DNA of 56,953 nucleotides, the filler included, from Sphacelaria rigidula (taxonomy: Eukaryota): NCBI GenBank assembly GCA_964200075.2. It is 7 parts of 7 records of this genome, joined end to end, with 100 filler letters (N's around TTAATTAATTAA, not from the genome) between each part and the next. Parts side by side here need not be neighbours in the genome. Positions count along the whole stretch, not along the records: positions 48,904 to 56,953 come from CAXNAA020012498.1; 6 more parts are not named here. One strand, given 5' to 3'. Shown in pieces: positions 50,254 through 56,953 of this stretch; the first letter of the stretch is position 1, and the number at the start of each line of letters is the position of its first letter. Both the position numbers and the translations under genes were made by a program. The notes beneath the pieces are model-generated. The model had not been told where the DNA came from. It was given only the letters and a program-made list of their open reading frames with translations, and searched no databases.

Positions 50254-51243
50254 GTGCGGAGTGCGCGGACCTCCATGTCGATCGAAAACTGTCGACAGTA
50301 CCCTGCCATTATATTCCTTTTTATTTTTGTTCACTCCGCCTCAGTCCTCAACAACTATGCTGTCTCCCACGACGAAACGTTCACTTTTCAACCCCCGCAT
50401 CCCTACGTTAACGATCTGGTGCAATTGCGTGAGGTACATGCCATGTCTGATATCAACCGCCCTTCGACTTCATCGAAGCACGATATCACAAAGGACCGGT
50501 CGCTCCCTACAGACAATGGTGAACAACCGTACAAATCCACCACGCGTAGTGAGACGAGTGACAAAATCGAACCAGAAGGTTGTGACGTTGATGATAGCGT
50601 CATTGCAGGACGTATTTTTAGGGACGTGAGTGTGGATGAAGACAACCCCCCTCCACATGCTTACCCTAACCCCGCTGGTGCCCACTCCTCTGTACACCGA
50701 CCAGCCACTCAAAGCGCTGATAGTGTTCCCACTTTTCTTTCTCAGATGGCATCACTCCACATGGGCCCTGATGCTACGAAAACCTTCCCTGACGATGACT
50801 TCCGCACCCAAACCGGTCCTGAACCCTCTGATCGCCCCACTCTGGCTTTTGATACGTCGCCCAAATTGGAACAATACCTGCCCATGTATGACGAAACACA
50901 CGACCGGCTTCGGCAAAAGCGTCCAGCCTTGATTCCCACGCGCCATTGGTACAACTTTTCAGAGGCTGAACAGACAGCGTACTGGAATCAGATCCACAGC
51001 AACGATCTAGCACACATTGAACTTGAGCACAGAGAGTTGGAGTTTGCCCGCCTACAGGTATCTACAAGTGTCCAGGAGCGCGCTCAGGCCTCCCATAATG
51101 TAGATGTCCACCCCGAGAAGAAGCCAACGGAACAGAATGAACTAGAACGCGCCATCCGCGAATCCACGAAGGCTCTGGAAATTGCGGAGAAAGAATATAA
51201 GCTGCTCACAAAAATACTCTCGGAAGCTTCGCGTCATTTTTGA
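50254..51243 (+). CDS. Probable ORF1 / polyprotein N-terminus of gypsy copy 2 (unknown function, coiled-coil-like end)
   Basis: 329-codon open frame upstream of and co-oriented with pol; C-terminal ELERAIRESTKALEIAEKEYKLL; no CCHC knuckle. Confidence 0.5.
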   Translation: MRSARTSMSIENCRQYPAIIFLFIFVHSASVLNNYAVSHDETFTFQPPHPYVNDLVQLREVHAMSDINRPSTSSKHDITKDRSLPTDNGEQPYKSTTRSETSDKIEPEGCDVDDSVIAGRIFRDVSVDEDNPPPHAYPNPAGAHSSVHRPATQSADSVPTFLSQMASLHMGPDATKTFPDDDFRTQTGPEPSDRPTLAFDTSPKLEQYLPMYDETHDRLRQKRPALIPTRHWYNFSEAEQTAYWNQIHSNDLAHIELEHRELEFARLQVSTSVQERAQASHNVDVHPEKKPTEQNELERAIRESTKALEIAEKEYKLLTKILSEASRHF

Positions 51244-51722
51244 CTATGTTGGCAAGTCTGACAATCACAACTGCGTTCATACGGTCGCCTGCTCCGCCCT
51301 AGAAGCAGCAACTGATTCACCGCCTGACCCACCTGACCTGGTACACTTTCAATCACATGCACTGGCCCATTCACAAAACGGTAGATGTTTCACATGAGTG
51401 GACGTAGTGCCGCGGCTGAACCCCGCCAGGGCGGTACCCACACAGCACTGATGCTCACCTCACAACTTGACAACCTTTTGGGAACGTTCTACAAGTTATG
51501 GAGATTTAAATAGCACCCAGTGGGGTAACCCAGGACGCGTTGCTTAGCCCAAAATCGAAGCGCCGCCACCTGCTTGTATATTTTCTACTTCTGTAGTTCA
51601 TTTCTCATTAGTCGGTACAATCCCACAATCAGAAATAAACAATGACCGGTAATTCACCGCAGAAGTTTCCAACAATTTTATGCCAACATTTTGTTTCCGT
51701 TCGGCCAGGTCACACACATCCA

Positions 51723-53388
51723 CACCCTGGACAATACAATATGTAATATATATTGCCCGCTCAATATGTCGACGCGTCTAGTGGTCAATATACATTGGGC
51801 GAGCAATATGATGGCACGAGAGAGGGTCAATATATATTGGGCGAGCAATATGTCAAGGCTCGCGACGTGCAATATATATCGACCGGACAATATATCACGA
51901 CACGCGCCACATCAATATATATCGGCCGAGTAATATGTTGGTGCGAGATGGCACCAATACATATTCGCCGAGTAATATATTGGCTGCCACACGAGGTCAA
52001 TATATATATATATATATATATATTGATGATTCAATATACTCGACACCTGAAGCGCCAATATATATTGCTGCCCCAATATTTCGTGCGCCAATGCGTCCAA
52101 TAAATATTGGGCCGACAATACAGGAGGGAACGGACGGTCGCAATACACAATGGTGTAGCAATATATATATATATAGCATGTAGATCGCAAAGTGTATTGG
52201 AATAAGTATGGTGGGAAACTCTATATTCGCGGGCGCCATTGAAATGTGTATCACCACATGCCGAGAACGCTCGATATCTTCCTCCGCGAGCGTGCTCAAT
52301 ATATATTGGCTGCACAATAGCTATGCGATGAGCGTGCGCAATATATATTGGGAAAACAATACTTTTTGAATGGTTTGCGTTCAATATATATTACGGTAAC
52401 AATATGCTACGCATTGCTTCGACTCAATATATATTGACTCTTCAATACATACACGGCCGGCACGCACCATGTATATTGAATGTTTTATTCCCGGAGCAAA
52501 GGTATGTCCAATATATATTGTCATACATTACTTCATGACCATGACACGAGCAATATATGTGATTTCTCCGATGTCTCCGAGGACGTTTCAACACAATATA
52601 TATATATATTAAAAGGAAAATATTTGAGCTGGGTCCAATACCAAGTATTGGTATCATATTGGAACATATTGTATTGTCCAGGGTATAAGCAACACAGCCC
52701 CGGTGACCACAGGGGTACCAACAGGCGCATGTCGACCCGCATTTTCCGTCATCGTGATGTTTAGCCAAGTTAATTAGATGCTGGGAAGGCGATGGGCGGC
52801 CCCGCACCGGTGGCCACTTAGGTATCAGGAAGCATATATACCAGGTCGCCTCTTCTGTCATCATATTTTCTAACTAGTATATATTTATATATGTGTGTGT
52901 CAGACGCATTCGACTACTCTCCGTAGTAATGCACGCGATCTTCTGCGGCTCCCTTTGAAGCTTTTCCTAATCCGCACGGGCTCCGGCATCCATCGCGTCT
53001 GGATCTTTCTTAGAGCGTACACCATACTTATGATATCCAATATATATTGACCGGCCAATATATTGGCACCCACGCAGACCCAATATATATTGACCGGTTA
53101 ATATGTTCTCATCAGTGCGACTCTAATATATATTGTTCGTGCATAATGCTGTCGCCCACGCTGCCCCAATATATATTGATGGGACAATATGTGTTCAACC
53201 TCACAATACCAATATATATATTGGGCGGGCAATATGTATGCAGTCCCACCACATCAATATATATTGGGCGCGCGATACGTGTGCAGTCCAAGGGTGCCAA
53301 TATATTTATTACGACGGAAATATATCGCAAAATTCAAATATGATCGACTAATAATATATATTGGTAACATATTGTATTGTCCAGGGCG
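51723..53388. mobile_element. TIR element(s) filled with a 42-43 bp periodic CAATATATATTG array, nested in gypsy copy 2
   Basis: Left TIR CCCTGGACAATACAATATG (51725-51743); right TIRs CATATTGTATTGTCCAGGG ending at 52683 and 53386. Confidence 0.88.
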
Positions 53389-53459
53389 TGCGCACATCAC
53401 ACGCACGAATCAGCGGTGGCCACCGCGGGTTCAACCATGTGGTGTGGGTTCCCTGGATA

Positions 53460-56400
53460 TGCTTACACTATCTTGAAGGGTTCCACGACAGTCGAAGCCC
53501 GTGCACCGTTGCATGGCTATCAATTGAGCAGTGACCAAACCCAACGTTTTAACCCTGGATTTGATCACCCAGTTTTACATTCACCAGGTACTAATCATAT
53601 TCAATCGAACCCCCCCCCCTTCGAAGGAGAGAGAGTCATGAAGTGCAGTTTCTCACGCATCAGGAGCCGGGATATCTTCTAGTCCGATAGACACTGCTGC
53701 TTCGACTGTTCATTGGAGAACACAACATTCAGAGCCACACACTCAAGCACCCCCCGACTGCTCAGGTGCCCGGCTAACCACCCTACCGAGTTCCTCAAAA
53801 ATTACGAGATCCGGTTCCCTTTTATTTGATGAGCGTAATTATTCCTTGAAGGGTCGCACCCGCAAAGAACCCATGCTTTCCGTCGCTCAGCGGGTTGGAA
53901 TGGAACCCCAAGTGACAGCGACTCAGGTGGTGCGCCTAGAGCGTGACCTGGGTTCGACTGCCCAAGAACTTATTTCAATAGCTCCTGGAGCCGCCGACCC
54001 TTTCGTGCGCTACACGCATCACCATAGGCGGGTTCCTCCAGATGATCATGCAGATAACCCTGATTTAGCAAGCGCACGTGAACTCCAAGGAGGAGATTGC
54101 GTGTGGGCTCAGACAGATGAAAACCTAAAGATGGAACAGGCTGGTACTCCCCAGATTTCGAATAGATCGTAACTGCTCCCTGACCACCCCTCGTGCTCTG
54201 CGTTAGAACCCATTTCCGATAAAGCGTTGCCGGCTGTGGGGACAGAGACTTCGCCGAGTCATGGACGTTCGCATCCTAGTCATGAAGGCACCTCGATCGT
54301 GTGTTCGTCACCAGGCAGACAAAGTGTTACGCAAGACAACTCGTCTCCTAACTCGCCCACGTTGGCCCCTTTAACAGACGACGGGTTGAACAGTACAGCT
54401 TTACCAACCCCGCGTCCTGACGAATCGTCTCCAAAACCTCCCATGTTGGCCCTAACTAGTCTAGTATTGAGTTGATTGGCGTATCAAACTCAACACCGCG
54501 CCCCGATGAGTCCTCCCCCGTTCTAGCCAAGCTGGATAATGCAATTGATCCCGCTTTGCACAATGACGACTCGCCCCCTCTGTTGGCCAATAAGGGTGAA
54601 ACACCACGCACAGATCAGTTATCGTTTTCAACCATGACAACTGCCCTTCCCCGGCATCGCCCCTCCGTTGCAGTATATGAGATTCAACCCTCCACTGATG
54701 AGACAAATATTCCAGGCACAAACACTGACACTCCATGCACGCACCATCCTTCCGACCAAAAGCTTGTCCCACAGGATCATAAACGGGTGTATTTCAGCAC
54801 CTTCGTTCAAAACGCAAAGCAGGATGTGTCAGATGTCTTACCCGAATTCGGGCCCGATCTCGTCAGTGGTACTGTAACTATGGATGATGCTTCTTTTACG
54901 ACCAAAATAGGTTTACATAGTGAAGCGCGTGCAAGCTGTCATATGATAGCTCTTGCACTACCAGACTCGGGTTCACCTCAAACGTTCATTACCGCCAGCT
55001 GCTGGCAACAGATGATCAACGCGGGCGCGGCGGACGAGCATTGTCTGTCCACCGTGCCCCCTCGTGTTTTTGGTGGGTTTGGTTCCTCCACATGTCTTAC
55101 GGTCAATCAATCGGTGAGACTAAGTGTACAATTTTACGAGGATACTACTCCCACTGCCCGTTTGTCCGTATGGGCACTAATAGTGCCCAACGGTTCCATG
55201 TCTTTTGATGTTTTGTGGGGTCGAGATAGTTGGCTTCGTTTTTCCACACATACGTATACGACGGACACACCTGTCCCGAACCGTCCAGTAACAGGCAAAC
55301 TGTCTCTGGGTCACTTCGACACTGATTCGGGAGCTCATGCTCATGAGGATGATCCCACGAAAACAGGTAATGCTTTTCGTCTGTACTATTTTGGTGAACC
55401 TGTAGTCTCGCTTTCTTGTGAACCCCAACTAATACAAGTGAACCTCGTGAGACGCAATGGATCGCCCGCCCTCACAGGACATTATTTGGTCGAGTTGCTC
55501 AAGCCTGACCAAGCACAGGTTGGTCCGTTTGAACAGACCGAAGTCTTTGTCCACGAAGGTAGGCAGGCCATTTACCTCACGTCCTCTGCATATTTCGATA
55601 TACTCAACGGTCAGTTGTTGGGTTATGCTCAAGCGCCTCTCATACGAACAGCCCTGTCAGATATGTGTCCCCCTGCGATCAACAACTCTCCGACCGACCC
55701 CCCGAAATCCACGGGCCTTACTCCGCTGCACACGTCTGACCCCATGGTGGTGACAAATCCACCAGATGCGCCTGACCCTCAACCCCCAACTGCATTACTC
55801 AATAGATTTTCTTCAGAACAACGCGCTAGTTTTCAAACGTTGTGGGATGACATTCCCCCTCACTTACGGCATATTGTTTTTGATCTATCTGGCGATGGTT
55901 GGACACCCACTGTAATCGATAGGTTGAGATCCATCTTGATTAGATACTCTGGACGGTGTTCTACTGCACCCTTGGTTTTAGGTCGATGTACCACGACACC
56001 GTTTAAGATCAAGATTCCTGATGGCACTCCTCCTATCGCTATGCGCACGTACCGTACGAACCCCCTTTTAGCGGATAAGGTCCAGGTAATTTTCGATGCT
56101 TACTTATCTGCCGGTTTGATTCGGCACTCGACGTCACCGTGGGCCTCGCCTCAAGTAGTCGTCCGTAAGAAGAATAGCAAAATCAGACTGACTGTCAATT
56201 ATCAATGATTGAACGCTGTCACCGAAATCGCCCGGTTGCCACTTCCGCGAATTGATGAAATTATTGACTCTCTTGGCGGGGGTAAAGTATTTTCGAACTT
56301 TGACATGCAGTCCGGCTACCACCAGCTTGTGATGGATCCGAATTCCATTGAACTGACAGCGTTTTGCACGCCATCAGGTTTGTACGAGTGGTTGGTTACA

Positions 56401-56953
56401 CCACGAGGTGCCGCCGGAGCTCCAGGTGCGTTTCAACGTGCAATGTTCCGTGGAACTGATGGATTGCCCAAATGCCATATGTACCTTGATGATGCGGTAT
56501 GCCACGACTCCACACCGGCCGAACACGTCGAACAGATGCATCATTCTTCAATCGGTTTGAACAACACAACTTGAAACTCGCACCCTCCAAATCCCGCATT
56601 GGCGCCACGAAGATTGAGTTCTTGGGTCATTACATCACCCCCGAAGGTCGTAGCCCAAACCTCGACAAGGTCGCCGCACTCTCCGATATGCCCATGCCAC
56701 GGGACATTTATCAACTGCGTTCCTTGTTGGGAGGTCTAAGCTACTACAGACAATACTTGCCAAACCTTGCCCAAAAGCTAAAACCCCTCACCCCCCTCCT
56801 CAAAAAAGGAGTGACATTTGTGTTCACATTGGAAATGGAAAAAACCGTCCGCCGCCTCCTCGACACCCTTTCGCGCCCGCCGATTCTCGTCTTCCCCGAC
56901 TGGTCGGCCGCGGAGCAGGGTTCCCGCCCTTTCCGGCTCCACACAGATTCTTC
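53460..56953 (+). mobile_element. Ty3/gypsy pol (PR-RT-start of RH), decayed, copy 2; same family as 2989-8051
   Basis: ALPDSGS, SPWASP, FDMQSGYHQ, TAFCTPSGLYEW, YLDD; in-frame TGA at 56206-56208; frameshift near 56535; 54668-56953 is colinear with the reverse complement of 5290-8051. Confidence 0.96.

Noticed and set aside
51723-53388. Bona fide CRISPR array
   Set aside because: Repeats are 12 bp and degenerate, spacers are too short, there are no cas genes, and the array is bounded by TIRs in a eukaryotic TE nest; kept only as an unusual array

Overview
Eukaryotic DNA, most likely from a brown alga (Phaeophyceae). This is an inference from the GT-AG genes with 0.26-2.9 kb introns, the roughly balanced GC content and the repeat families. 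The window is not one locus. It is seven unrelated contigs of 8050-8051 bp (1-8051, 8152-16202, 16303-24353, 24454-32503, 32604-40653, 40754-48803, 48904-56953) joined by artificial 100-bp spacers (44 N + TTAATTAATTAA + 44 N). Most of it is transposon debris: two decayed copies of one Ty3/gypsy family, another gypsy relic, a Ty1/copia relic with LTR pieces, a near full-length frameshifted RTE-type LINE, tRNA-headed SINEs, and several MITE/foldback elements. Host genes I can support are the last 7 exons of an RME-8/DNAJC13-like ARM protein, 2 exons of an AGC (GRK-like) kinase, and 1 exon of a probable trehalose-6-phosphate synthase. Three signals stand out. (i) A TIR-bounded array with a 42-43 bp period, in which two conserved motifs alternate with two variable fixed-length spacers (51723-53388). 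(ii) Retroelement 3' ends with poly(C) rather than poly(A) tails, stacked head-to-tail. (iii) Two MITEs whose empty sites can be read from the second gypsy copy: one has a CCGG target, the other a 7-bp TSD and a telomere-like core. There is no prokaryotic system and no true CRISPR locus.
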